DNA from: Lingula anatina
Lineage: Eukaryota; Animalia; Brachiopoda
DNA length: 64,000 bases
Direction of reading: 5' to 3'
NCBI GenBank assembly: GCA_051362555.1
Contig: CM120640.1
Span: 67,062,788 to 67,126,787 of the forward strand
The position numbers and the translations under genes are program-made. Below are positions 25,701 to 40,200 of the stretch, in pieces. The first letter of the stretch is position 1. Each line of letters begins with the position of its first letter. The notes beneath the pieces were generated by a model. The model saw only the letters and a list, made by a program, of their open reading frames with translations. It made no database searches and was not told the origin of the DNA.

Positions 25701-28700
25701 AGGGACACTGCACACATGTTTCAGTTTTGGTATGTTATTGAAAACCAGGCATATCTTTTATTATTATTATGCTGGGATAGTTTGTAATTTGAAAGATGAG
25801 ATTTTAGAGAAGGAAAATAATTGTTTAGATTTATGTTAATATTAGAAAAATCTTTTTTGACTTTATTATGCATGTTTTTGTCAATTACACTTGTTTTGTT
25901 ATTTGAAAATTACTAATTAAAGTAAAAAGGAATGAATTAATAAATTCACAAAACCATGATTTGTTAACAATACATAAAATTGCCGACACAAAAGTTTTGA
26001 AAAGTTATTTAGCCTCATGTTGGAAAGTTTACTGAGTGATTGAAAATTGATAAATCGTGAGAAAGTAAGATATTGGAATAAGTGAGGTGTTGGATGCTTT
26101 TAAATTATTAAAATAATTACAGTATAATCTTTCAGTTTTTCATGATTGTAATCCTTTCAGTGACCAGAGTATTTATACTACAAAGGTGGATACTGGAGAA
26201 ACTTTGACTGTAAGTACTACTTTTTAATTGAGTCAATCAAACATACTTAGACTGTTAAATGGATCATAGTGAACATTTAAGAGCTTCTGTCAGAGAGCAG
26301 GCTTACTACATTGTAGGAAATATAGCTGAAAAGCCAAGACTATTGCCAAATGTTGTTAATGGTATTGTGATGTAAAGAGACTTTGTTGAGAAATAAGGGA
26401 CCTTTTAAACTTTCCTGGCAAATTGTTTCAAACTTACTGGTGGCCATTTTGTCTAGTGCCAAATCAAAAATTTCCTTAGCATTTGTGTCTTCAGGCCACC
26501 ATTTTCTTAACTTGGTGACATTTTATATATATTCTGAACATTTTTTCTTTGTGCAAATATGCTATTCTAGAGCAGGGGTTTTAATTTCCTTACTTAAGTA
26601 GAATTTAACACACCTTTTAAATGTGATTACTGACCCTTCTAAAAGACAAATACAACAATTAAAAATGATAGCAGCCCCATGCACTGTCTTATCAAGGTGA
26701 ATATTAATTCTAGTACATCAGTGAAGCTCTTGCAATGCGACAGATGAAGCAACAGATGGGGAAACAGCCAGAGCTCCCCATCCTTTCTTTTGTAAAACCT
26801 CTGACAAGCTTCAAGTAAGTTAAGCCAACATTGGTCTTCATTTTTATTATCATCTTAACTTGGAAACTTACATCTTTTAATGAAAAAGTTTTTATCTACA
26901 ATTTACATTTGTGAAACTAACAAAAATTATTGAAAAATATTTTATATAATTTTTTTTTCTGCAGGTGGAAGTGTCTTGGAGAATGCCTGATTGCTCTTTA
27001 TGATGATATTCAGAAGTCAGACATGCCAGTAGTAAGTAACATTTGGTCAAACAGTTAATGCAGTAGGACATTCATGAATTGATTATGAAGTAAATATATA
27101 AAAGATATTTGAAAATAAATTTACTGTAGCATATTTTCTTCTGTAGAAAATCGGCTGCAGAATTGACTTGTCTACGTATGCTGCTATGAGTCCAACAGTT
27201 GACATTCCAATTCCTATGGAAACGTCGCCAACACCTCTTGCTCCAGAGATACAAACCTCTGAGGGTATTACTGTGACTGCTGGAGGTACAGCAACGGTTA
27301 CAACACCAGTGGTATCACAACCAACCATAGCTACAGCAGCAGTTACTCCAGTAGCCACAACAACACCTGTGTTCAGTGAAAAGCAGGGTAAGTACACCAA
27401 GGTTCAGGTACAAGTGCTGAAAATGGTTACTTAATTACTGTATGACAAGGGCTGTTTACCTATGAAACCATCCTATTAAAGTAAAATGGTTTCAAGTGCA
27501 GTAATTAACTTGAAACAGATACCTTGTATTGATGTAAAACAAAATATGATTAAAAGAACTCTTAACAATATTTATGTGCTCCTGGTTTTAGAAGTCACTG
27601 TGCCTAAATCAGCAGATAGTGGAGAGGGTCAAAACAAAAGGGGGCGTAAGAGGAAAGCTACACTATTGGAAGATGACTTCTCTGTGAAGAGGAGATCTGC
27701 CAGGGTAAGTAAGACTAAAGTAATCCATGAAGCAATATATCTGATTCTACGTGATGTTGTAAATGGAAGGTAGTGAATCTAGTCATCTTTTTAGTCAGCT
27801 TTCAGACTGGTTAAAAGTGACATGTGGATGCTGACCAAGACAAAGTTATAAAATGGATAAGGTAAAATTGTTAAGAACTAAAGTTCATATTTTGTAAATT
27901 TTCTAAAATCAGTTAAATATGATTTTATGCATAACTTTATATACGTCTATTATTTTTTCTTTATTTTTGCCCTTTTAGGTGAGGAACACAAACAAAAAGA
28001 AGGAAGAAGAGAGTATCAATTACCAGGAACTGCTTCAGAGTTTCTTACCATCAAGTTTGTTGTGAGTATGATAGTCACCAGGAATTACAGATAATCTTAT
28101 TAATATCTGTATATTTTTGTGGGCTAGATCCATGGTTTTGTGTTTTTCCCTTTTAATTTTAAAAGAAAGTTTTAAAGAAACTAAAAGCTGGAAGGGGGCA
28201 AAAGTGGGATGTAAATGTTTTAAATATTTAACATATGTTAACTTTCTTTGCGTAGGAAAGTTAGAGTGGAAGAAGATGAGGAAAGCAAGGAGAAATCCTC
28301 AGAAGAAGAACAACCTGAGCCACATGTAATTGACCCTGGGACACCAGTAGAAGGTGAGGAAATAAGATTATCTGATACACTGTATCTTTCTAGTGAGAAC
28401 ACCAGCACCGTCTTTGATCTGTGATGTGTACAGTTTAGTGCTGTGGATAAAATGGCCATGATCCTGGTCTTCAAAAAATGAATGAATGTGATTTTTTAAA
28501 ATTTGGCTTTCTTTTATTCTTCCTTTCTTTCTTTTGTCATAAAAATTTCATTTTCATTGATTTGTTGGTAAGAAAGAATGCATATCGTAAATGATAGTGC
28601 ATGATGTAAAAAAGAGGCAACATTTTAAGAGTGTGGTATGACTCCAGTAGATGATATTATATTGTTATTTTAAATATTATATATTGAAAAGGTCGTCCCA

Positions 28701-31700
28701 GGCTCCCTTCTGACACAGTCCCTCTGAACTGCAAAGAAAACCTGGAAGTTCATGAACTCCTTGCAAGAAGTCAACAAAATGGGGGCATTCTGGAACTCAT
28801 GAACAAGTACTTGATATGTTTGTCAGAAAGGGCACACCTGAAATGGTGAGTTGTGTAGTTCACACGTAGATTGTCAGAATATGAAAGATGATGTTTATTT
28901 AAAATAACCATCTTTTTTTGTAGAAGAAATTCAAAGCTTCATGTGGGCTATAAATATTTTGAACTATTGAAAAGTAGTGAAAATAGTTATCTTGTGTTTT
29001 AAACTGCTACAAGACTTGGATATACGTTTTAGGTGTGATGGCTTGACAGAAATCTATTTGGAAGTCTACCAAAGATATAGGAATCACTTTGTTTATCCCT
29101 CATTTCTGTGGTATGTATATTTCATAGCAGTTTCATGGAAGATATTATGTATTTATTTCACTATATAAGAGGTAGATATATAAAGAATTCTGATTGTTTA
29201 GCATTGATTCAGAATTAGAAGGATGAAAAATGTGACACGTAGAAAATGCATGTCTGTTAATGAATTCATTTTCATTAATATGTATTCAGTTTTTAAAATG
29301 ATATATCAATCTGATATATTTCTCTATTACAGCAAAGATGTGACAGATAAAAGAATTGCTGAAATGGCATTGGTAAGATGGTCACTATGTTGTTAGTATT
29401 TTTGATTCTTCACATATAGCTTACACAAAGAATTTTTCTTATTATTTCATATTATCACAGAGAAGTTATTAGCAAGGGTTTATCCCTGTACGTTTCATGT
29501 TAAACATTGAGCAGTCATTTACTAATAGATAGATAAGTATCTAAAAGTATATTTTATTGTTTTACTACATATTATGTAGAGTAATTTGAATTATCTAGAA
29601 TAATTTGTTTGCCATGTGTCTTCAGATGTGTCTAGTGTGGGCAGAGTTAAAACTAGACAAGTGGCTAAGCAACAAATCCATGGTTTCATCCCCTATGAAG
29701 TAAGTTTTACAGAAAGAATATATCTTTTTGGAGTGAAAAAAATTTATATTTGTCAACTTTGCTCTTTAAAGAGTTTTTATTCATTAATTTTATAAAATTA
29801 TTTGTCTCATTTTGAGTAATAACTAGTTATTAATTTTTTTAATATCACGTTCACTCCCCTTGACATCTTTTCTCTAATTAACACAGGTATTTGACCTTGG
29901 GTCCAGAATTCCCAGGAAAGTTCTTCAAAGAAGATCTGAGTTACTTGGTGGGTTTGTCTGCTTTTCATGATATCATGGAGGATTTTTGGCAAGAGTACTG
30001 TGTTAGAGGTGAGTTAAATAAGTAATACAATGTTGATAGGGGTTGATGATATATTCCAAGCTTTATCCACTTAGGTTGCTATGAATAAACTGTTGTTTTG
30101 TGCAGGAGGGCATTGTCACATGTCTGGTTTGACAAATAATTAAATAATATTAATTAATAAAAACTTTTAATGAATAAAAACATTTTAAAGGGCAAAATTG
30201 AGAAATGTAAGTTTTTTTATTCTTAAAAGTATATTCTTTCTGTTGTTGTATTCAGGAGGGCATTGTCACATGTCTGGTTTGACCTTATACCTTATGCTGT
30301 AAACTCTGATACTGTAATTGTTCCTTTTGTAATTTTGCCTTACAGTGTACTGGTTAAAGGCAAGATTTTTGGTGCTACAGACAGAAATGGATCTGGCTGT
30401 GGAATTTTTTAAAAGGGTGAGTTTTGTCAAAAGATTTGTTGCAAAATATTTCAAATTCATATATACAAGTTTTATACATTATTTTCATGTATAAAAGTTA
30501 TTTTATTGGTTTGGTTGATATGGTGATTGATTTACTTATGAGCATTTGGTGTTATCATTGTGATTTTATGATACAGGTAATTAGTTCAGATAAATTGCCA
30601 GTAAATTCACACTTCCTTGGATTCTTTAGGCCTCTGACTACCTGAGCTATGAGCAAGACCCAGGCTCTCCACAGATGACTGTCAAGTTAGTCAACTGCAG
30701 AACAGATAATGTTATCACCAAAGGTAAGAGTGGGAAACATTTCACTCTGTAGATTTCCTATGTAGCATTACTGCCAGTGATGCAGTGAGTTCAACAGTGC
30801 ACAATGCAATCCCTATGAGATATAATTAGTCATCACTGATGGTGTATTTTTTTCAACAAATTTTTACAGATATTAGAAGTATAAGTAGAAAACATACTAC
30901 ATAATTTTGTATGTTATTTTTCCAGGCAATGTAAATAAACAACTTGAATCCTTACAACGATGCCAGTCACTGGAGGAAGTTCAGAAGTTATATGAGAAAG
31001 GCAGCTATGAGCGCGTTGTGGACTTACTGCTGCAGACATTTTCACAAAGCAAAGAGAAGGTTTGAAAAAGCTGTCCTGAGGGCAGGGGGGGTCAATTTTC
31101 TGTATTGTCATTGCCTCATATCTTTCTCTTTTCTATTTAAATAATTTGTGCATTTGTCTAAAAGAATGATGCATCCTGTTTTAATTATACTATTACTATC
31201 TGCTGCTCAAAATTGTAGACATCCAGTCAAAATTAAATGCAGACAAAATGTGTTTTTTAAAAATATTTACAGTTTTTTATATGTATTTCAGGTGACAGGT
31301 CTAGTTGTTGCAGAAAGACATCTCCAGTTACTTCTGCTTCTGGACTCTTTAATCAAACTGAAGGATTTTAAGGTAACAAAAATAATCAGCTTGTCAAAAT
31401 GGCAAAATATATTTTTATATAGCAGTTGAATTAAGATGCATTCCTTGTCTGTCATGTGTGTTTTTTGCAGTAGTTCATTGACACATAATGGACATAGTCT
31501 AGATACACAGACTGAAGACAACTGTCTGGTTATTTTTCCAGAGATGTGTGTTATGGGGTGAGGTATCCCTGAATGAAGCTCTTCAACAGTATCTCTCAGT
31601 GGGGAGCAGCTCTATCAAAGAGGAGTGGGCCACTACAATGACTCAGCTATTCAAGAGCTTAGACTTGTGAGTCTTTAAGATCAAATTATGTATTTTATAT

Positions 31701-34200
31701 TATTAATTTTAGATGTCACATTTTCCTCTGTATTGGTTGTGCTGCTGGAAGATTTCATGAAAATGATTATGGTGTATCTCTTCCTTGTGAAAATGAAGGA
31801 ATCATTATAGAACTGCTATAGTTTCTCTTATTAATTTGAAATGCTTGTCAAAGTTTCTCTTATTAATTTCAGATGCCTGTCAAAAGATGTGACCACATTA
31901 AGTAACTTGCCTTCCAAGAATCTTGTCCGCCTGTCACAAAATGTGATCCGTGTGATAGAAATCAATATGGATGTCAGTGATTCTGTGCCTGAGATGCCAA
32001 TCAACACGGTTATGCCCTGGAGGGTTCTCTATAGGATGATTGAACAGTAAGACTTCTTATTTTAATATAGTTCAGAAAAAGAGCGCATTGTATATTGAAG
32101 GTACAATAGATGCTTTGATGTTTGAGATATTAATGTAGGTTTAATTTGGTAACACGATATGCATCAGTGATATATAAAAGTTGGATAAAGTTAGACACAT
32201 TCCAGGTAGTGATAATCTAGTCATTAGTTTTGAAAAACTAAATAGAGCTACAGTTTTAATACAATAAATTAGATGATTTAACCTGTGAGATTTAAAACTA
32301 ATGCACAAAAGCACTATGAGTAGTGCATACCCAGGTGTTATATTAAAAAATTAAAAATCAGGAATTTTATTTGTACATATTACTATTTTTATCTAGACTG
32401 CCAATATTTTTTTTCACAATTTCTTTATTTGATTTCTGTGTATATGCCAGCATTGCTGTATTTTAAATCATGTTATTTTGTAAATTTTGACTCATGCAGT
32501 GTGATGTTTGTTCAACATAAAGAAAATGTTTCATTACCTTGAATTCTAAATATTTTCCATGCTTGTCTTTGTGGTTTCGTATAGTGAGGAGAAGAAGCTC
32601 CAGTCTATGAGCATGCAGCCAGAGGAGCACCAGGGGGTCATGGGGGACTGCATGCCATCCTCTCTCATGCTGCTCACTGTGGCACATGAATATTTAGGAA
32701 GGTAAACACTGACTTCTTTGATTTGTACTATTTATATTTACTTTTCTTGGTACAGTTTTGATAACAACTTTCCAATTTTTTCACAGATATTAGCCTTTTT
32801 TATATGAACAATAGACTCATGTCTGTTATTTACAATTATTATATTTGCTCCATATGTTAAAAAATTAACATTATAAATGTTTTTTATATAAAGTTGCTGT
32901 CTTGTTTTTGCTGTTATTTATTCCCCAAATTAGACATTTAACATTTGATCACCATGCTCAATCTTTACTTATCTTAGGTAGATGTAACATACTTTGTACT
33001 ACAGTCTCCAATTTTCTCCTATCATATTGTATATGGTGAATTGGCGAAGACATATAGAAAGTTTTTGTTATTTCCCTTTACACAGGAAATGCTGGTGCAC
33101 AAAATCAGATGGTGCTTTACTGATGTTCTTTATTGATGTAATCAAAAGTAGACTAAAAGAAAATGGCTCAGAACGCTCTCGGGCGTACAAAGAAGAGTTA
33201 GATCACGCCATTGAGCAGTGTTTCTACTGTCTGTATGGGCATCCAAACAAGAGAACCAAAGCTAAGCATCTGCAAGATCACAATGCCCCACAGGTCTGTG
33301 TAGTGCTTTTGTTTTGCCTGATATTTTGAAAATAAGTACTAAATTTTAGCTTAGGTTGTGAAAATTCTAGAACATTAAACTTTTTGGGCCGTAATAATTA
33401 TGTTTCAACATAATGTGTCACATATCAAGTTTTGCAAAATATTTCATATAATGTCTGACATATCGGGGGGTTTTTAACCTTAAGATTTTATTTACAGGTA
33501 ACCTTGAGCTGGGAAAGAGCAGTAGTGTTATTTGATTACTTCAAACCTAAGACCATGCCAGAATTTGACAGCTACAGGACAAGTGCTGTGTCAGCTGAGG
33601 TGAGCAAGTTCTCCTCAAACTTCCTGTCCCAATATTCTGATATTTTGTCATAAGTCCATGATGCTACATTTAAATAAGTGTATGTTTTATTTAATAAAAT
33701 AGTATTATTTTCAATCATATTTCAGTGAAATGTAGAATTCCAACACTTTTGCTATTTTTGTTATTTTAACAATTCAGTTGGAGCACCTTCTCAGAAGAAT
33801 TTCAATGTTAGTGCCACAACAGGAGAATCAAAGTAAGTATTTTACTTCCATTCACAATAAGAACACTGATTATTTTAATAAATTAGGAACATCTTTAACC
33901 AGGTGTATAACATGTTCAAAATTTAAATAAAAAGTTATTTTTTAAATGAAAATGCTGTGTTGTATCAAATGGCTTATATATTTGTTATAATATTTTCCTC
34001 GTGTCTGTAGATTTAGATTAAATAAAAAAGTTTTTTTTAATGAAAATGGTGTTTTATAGTAAACAGCTTATATATTTGTTAAAATATTTTCCTTGCGCAG
34101 CCCTGACAATAGACAGTCTGACTGCTTACATTGAGGGGACATCTAGCCAAGTACCTGCCATCCCTGAAGACAAAGTGAAGAAAATGTAAGTTGTGTGTGT

Positions 34201-34271
<71 letters not shown>

Positions 34272-37200
34272 CATGTGTCACTCCAGATATCCATGAAAAA
34301 TAATTTTTTGGTGAATGATAAACTTTTTGATTGTTTAAAAATGTGGAGTGTTCAATATAAATATAATGTTAATCTTATTTTATGCTATATTTTATGATAT
34401 AGTTAACATTTATCTTACTGTGTAATGAGCAGTGGTTATAATATGATATGTGATTCAAACCACAATCATTTCAGGCCTGTAGTGAATGAAATATACTACT
34501 TGCTAGCTGATTACTATTTCAAAAACAAGGAACAGGGGTAAGTGATATTATCCGTTTACTTATTTTACAATATTTTTTTCTAAAATGTGTTTTGTTTTGT
34601 TTGACATAAAATATTTTATTTGTTCATCCAAAGTGCAATAGTTATTAAACAATAGTAATTCAAATCTTCAGGTATTACTTTTAATTACCTTTAAGAAAAA
34701 CCATTAATCTAAATGTTTTTGTGTAATCCATACACTTCTCATATTTGTTACTCATGTAACACACCTTGTAGAACTTCTCAATTTTCAATTCGTTTGTTTA
34801 ATTTATCATTTATACATTTACAGCAAAGCCATCAAGTTTTATATGCATGACATCTGTGTGAATCCTGACCGTTTTGACTCCTGGGCAGGCATGGCCCTGG
34901 CAAGAATGAGTCGTCTAGAACAGAAACTCAACTCTGTAAGTCTCCAATCTCTTGAACTGGGATTTTATTACTTGGAATGCTTGTCTTTAAAGTGTTATTC
35001 AGTTTAAAATTCTAATACCTTGGATTTTCTGTATTGAATTTCAAATATCTTTCCTGTTGATATTTTTTATAAGCAGTGCCTTTGTTAGAGCAGATTTAGA
35101 ATTTTCAGCAGACCTACATGCAGTGCATATTGGATTAAAAGCTCATCAATTTTTCGTCCCATCAAACTCAACCCACATACAAAAGAGAGATGAATAATTT
35201 TTGAGATGTGATGCATGTAGCAACATGCTGTAATTTTATATAATAGGTGTATTCTCACTGGTCTTTTGTATGATGTGGGACAAATTGAAAGATGGGAAAC
35301 ATAAACGTAGAAAATTACTTTTCATATAAATTATATTTTTGTATAGATGTTGTAAATTACCTGTTACATGAGTTTTTGAAATCATCTTCAAAGGTGAATG
35401 ATGAAAAGACAGACTTGAATCATATCACAGCACGTGTTTGTGCATATTTCAAACCAGTGAATTTGAAGCCAAACCTCAGTGCTTTTTGATGCAACCACGT
35501 TAATACATTAAAGTAGCTTTTAAGAAAAATGCAACTGTATACAAAAAAACATGTTTTTCAGCTAAGGGGTTTACAGTTGAATACGTCAATAGAGCATGGT
35601 AGGCATAATGTATCAGATCTTTGTATTATAAACACTTCAACAGGCACATGGATGTCTCCAGTTTAAAACATGAGTCTGCAGCAATAATCTGGAAATATGT
35701 TATGTGTCAAGGAAGAGAGTGAAGAATTAGTTTAACACTTTTGCTTAAAAGTCTCTTTTTTCATTTTGATACAAAGCATGTGCATGTCTTAACCCATGCA
35801 AAGGGAAAATGTTTATGTCTTAAAACAGTAGCAGATCAAGCCATTTTAGTAGACCAAAATCTTTAAGTTTAAATTATTTGTATTTGGCTTGTAAAAATGC
35901 AAGTTGAAGGTAGATGTCATTGTTCCTAGGTCCCTTGGACTTTTCTCATCTGGAGATCCCTCTTGTAACATGACAGATACTCACCACCCAGTTGTCATGT
36001 CAGTGTAATCAGGACTGCAGTTACATGGGCAGTTCATATATTTTCAAAACTCATATCCAGTGTTTTTTTTCCAAGTTAAATTTTTTATTCATAAATATAC
36101 CAGGACAGATGACTGTACATCAGACCCTGTTTGAGTCTTATTCTGTACCAGCAGACATAATAAGGCTCCTTTCAAGATTTGTTCCGATTTGTTCAAGATT
36201 TGTTCCGATTTTTTTTTTTTTTTTTTTTTTTTGTCTGTCAAATGTATAGTGCTTTATAGCACTCACTATACATATATATATTAATGTTTTATTTTTTCAT
36301 TGTTTTTTGTCCACAGTATATGACCATAAAATTACATAAAAAACTCTGCCTCTTCAAATAAAACATACCCCATGCACTGCATGCAGTATTCCTGTGTGAA
36401 GTTTTTCGCTTATATTACCTACTGTGAACATTACTTAAAGGATGTGGTGCTATTTCTCTCAAATAGATTTTTATGTGGATGACAATGTAGTACTCTCCAA
36501 AATGCATCACGGAATTCCTTACTGTAAAATGCATATATAAAAGGATTGACAGCAGAGTTAGCATACTTAAGTAGTACAACAAATTCCCAGAAAATAGAGT
36601 GGACGCAGTAGTCTGTAGCACAAGGAGTGTGCAGGGACAATGTCACTCCATATGGACTCCAACAGATCACAAATGCAGCTATGATTAATGCAAATAACTT
36701 CGAAGCAAAACTATCTTTGTGTAACCTTCGACGTAACTTGGCCTTGTGCGTTTTATACCATTTCTTAAATTTAATGTAGAGTTTATTTTTCTGTGGTTTG
36801 ATTTCCATGCCTTCTACTGTGCATCCTTTCACCATCGAGACCCTCCTGGGTCTAGTCCCTGGCATGAAGCTGAAAGCAGTGGTCTGAAGGTCCAGAGGAT
36901 TTTGTATGATGTCCTTCATTGTAGTTGAGATTTCTCTTGAGTAGTTACGGTATTCATTTTTCTCATCAGCATGACTAGCATTGTTTTGGTAGGGATTGAT
37001 ACGTATCTGGATTTCATGCATCCAAGCAGGCAGGAAAGTAGAATTTTGATCAAGATCACTTGGAAGGGAAGCAGATCTGTAAGTTTTAAGTTGTCTTGGC
37101 CTTTGTTTTCTTAAAATTGGACGAGACATGCATGCAGTATTCCTGCGTTTCCTTATGTATTCTTTTTTTACAGGTTTTTCGTAATATTTCTTATAGTTAA

Positions 37201-40200
37201 GAACAAAATCCTTGAATAAATCACCATCATATGTGGAGCATTTTTCCAAACCATGTATATTTATTTGTATTGAGGTTGAATCCTTGTTTTCCTCATTTTC
37301 GTCCTCTTCTTTAACACTGAGCAATGGTTCACGCTGGTGCAGTTCAGAACCCTGCTCTGATAAGACATTACTGGAGGTAATTCTGTGCATTAGTTTCTCA
37401 TGCATCTTCACTTGCTGTTTTACAATGCAGTATATACGGAAGTATACAACTACCATGGTACACAGTGGAAGCCAAAACTCAAGAATTCTTACCACAATAC
37501 TGTATATAAAGTCAGGCTTATAAGTGCATTTATCAAGAATGTCAGAGTTATTCTCGAAGCTGCCTCTGTCAAGCCAGAGCAATTGCAGAAAGCCGTAGGT
37601 AAATGACGCAAACCACAGCATAAAAATAATCCATTTGAGCTTTCTGGAAGTGACACATCTGTCATACTGCATAGGGTATGAAATGGAGTAAAATCTCTCC
37701 AGACTTATTGCCACCAAGTTGAATACTGAGACTGTATTACAGGAAATGTCAAACCCTTGATAGACCATGCATGCCGTCCAGGGGAGCCTCCAGCCCCCTT
37801 GATATAGTTGAATAGTGTGGAAAGGCATGGCGGTGACTGCCACCCCAATGTCTGACAGTGCCAGAGAATAGATGAAGAAGTGTCTCAGTTTCTGAAGTCT
37901 TTTTGTTTTTGCCATTGCTGCAACTACTACAGAATTACCGGCAATTGAGATCACCATGATGAGGGTCATTAGAGTGCTGAAGAGTGGATAAATGGTGTGC
38001 TGGTGGAAGTCTTCGTGATATTCCAAACTATGGTTGCTGGCATTGTAGAGCAGTGATGAGCTTTCCATCCTATCTGACATGTCCTAGAATAAGGAATAAA
38101 ATGCAAATGTTTTGTGTTAAGTGTACAATAATACCAATCACATTACTGCAGGTGTATATGTACTCCATCATGATATTTTTTTTCTCTTTTCAAAATGCTT
38201 CCCCGTCCTGCATTGATATTGAATCTTGTCTTTGAAATTATTCACTTGGTTGTTCTGATCATATTCATATTACTACCTTATCTCTTGCCATGGCCTTGTG
38301 ATTTCAATCCATCCATGAACAGATGTTTGTATTGTTGCTATGGTTTTCTTCTTGGTTCTGGTTGTTTATCTACTCTGCTCTTAGTTGACAGGATAACACA
38401 TGGTAAGGGCCCTACCTTCAACCAGTCAGTACATATTTGCCAGCTTTCGTACTGTGCTGAGATGCCAGGATATTGAACAATCATTGAAAACTATCAAAAG
38501 CTAACAATCTGACTGTTGAAAGGTGCAAAATATGTGCAAATGAATATGGGGGGAAAAGGCTTCACTGATGTGTGGGAAATAAAATGTTTTTTTTTTTCTT
38601 AACAGACGTATTTGCTTTAAATAATGGTAATAAAATACCTTCTACGCTCTGTAATGAGCTCATATTACCTTCTGTCGGATGGTGTTTTGCATTTTAAACA
38701 ACTAAAATGATGTAGTTGGTTGTTTCCCTTCATTAAAAGTACAAGGTGTTATTTCTTTTAATAATTCATAGCATTTGGCATAACAATATTGCTATCATTT
38801 TTCCATGTAAATTTTGCCTATATCATCTTCCATTTAAGTCTATTTACTTGAGTTTTTGGATTGCAATGAATGCTTTATTATATTTGGGGATTTATAGTAA
38901 TTATGAATTGCTCTCCTTTATGTCATATAGATTCCATAATGTGTTTTGATTTGTTCAAAACTTCTGTCATAGAAAATTATATTTTTAACTTCTGTGGAGA
39001 GCCACTGCTATAAGTTGCAAATTTTCTCATTGGGTATTGTAATAGCATTGGCATTCTCAGCATAGTTATGTGTAAATCGCTGTGGATTGTCAGTAAATCT
39101 TTGTGTATTTTTGTCTGTGTCAAGAAATAACTGTTATTTAAGAAAAAATTGTTTTAACTTACAGTGTTTATAGTAAGACTTGTTTACTACCTAGTCAATA
39201 GATTGAACTGGTTTACGTCATTTCATATTTTAACAATTAAGGTAGAGCCTTATGGGAAAAGCTTCAGGCACACTTTGAGATGGCTTAAAGAAAAACAACC
39301 ATCAAGACCTTCATATAGCAACAAAGAAAAAAAAACAATGAATTTTGCATAATTTTCCTATAATCACTAAGGAATCCTCCATCCAAAATAAATGGGAAAA
39401 TAAAAATTGACAGATTTCATCTCCATTATGGCTTCTAGAATCTTGTGAAGTCTTGCAAGTCATGAATGAGGTACTATAGTTTAGTCCCAGTTGTTACTAT
39501 AAGCTCCCAAGATGAAGACGGCAGAGAAGACTGGGGAGTTTGGTGCTATGGTTTAGACAGAAAAATGGTAGCCATTTGGCTTCGAAAAAAAAAAAAAGAG
39601 AATGGTGAAAGACCAATCATCCAAAAACATGCTACATACGTACAATATTGTTGTGATCCATAATTGCATCTATGTGTGATGTATGTGGACTGATCAAATT
39701 GATGGTTTAAAAAACATATTTATTTGAGACTTACTTGTGACTGAAATTCACTCTTCTTATTACTTTATCTCTTGAGTCACGTGATTGCTCTTTTCCTATA
39801 TCTTGTACTTACATTGTATATTGAAATGCAGATTAGTGCTGTTTGTTTCCTAATTTCTTTATTTTTTAGGTTTAAATAATCAAGATTCAATTAAAGTTTG
39901 TATCAATTATCAGAAACAATCTCCTGCCTCAAAAATATGATTTAAAGTTTGCTTCAAACCTATCCCTGTACAATAGTCTAGGGTCTAATGCATGCCTGTC
40001 TTTAACTGTGTTTTTCTCTTCTCAGCAAACTTCAATCAAATTCATTATTATCACCCATAGCCATATGAAGGCAACCTAATTTGGTGTGAATTACTTCAGT
40101 AACAATGGCAAGAAAACTAATTTGAAACTAAAATTTCACAAATGAACATGCTCTTTTAACTTTGTCCTAACCTTGTGTGTGAGAATGCCCATCTTCTGCC

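Noticed and set aside
34079-34397. HT-repeat and CV-repeat ORFs
   Set aside because: They are translations of the (GT)n microsatellite.
36540-36600. TM7 lysine suggesting an opsin
   Set aside because: The Lys is at 7.42 (8 residues before P7.50), not the retinal-binding 7.43, which is Tyr here. D3.32 and the overall motifs are aminergic.
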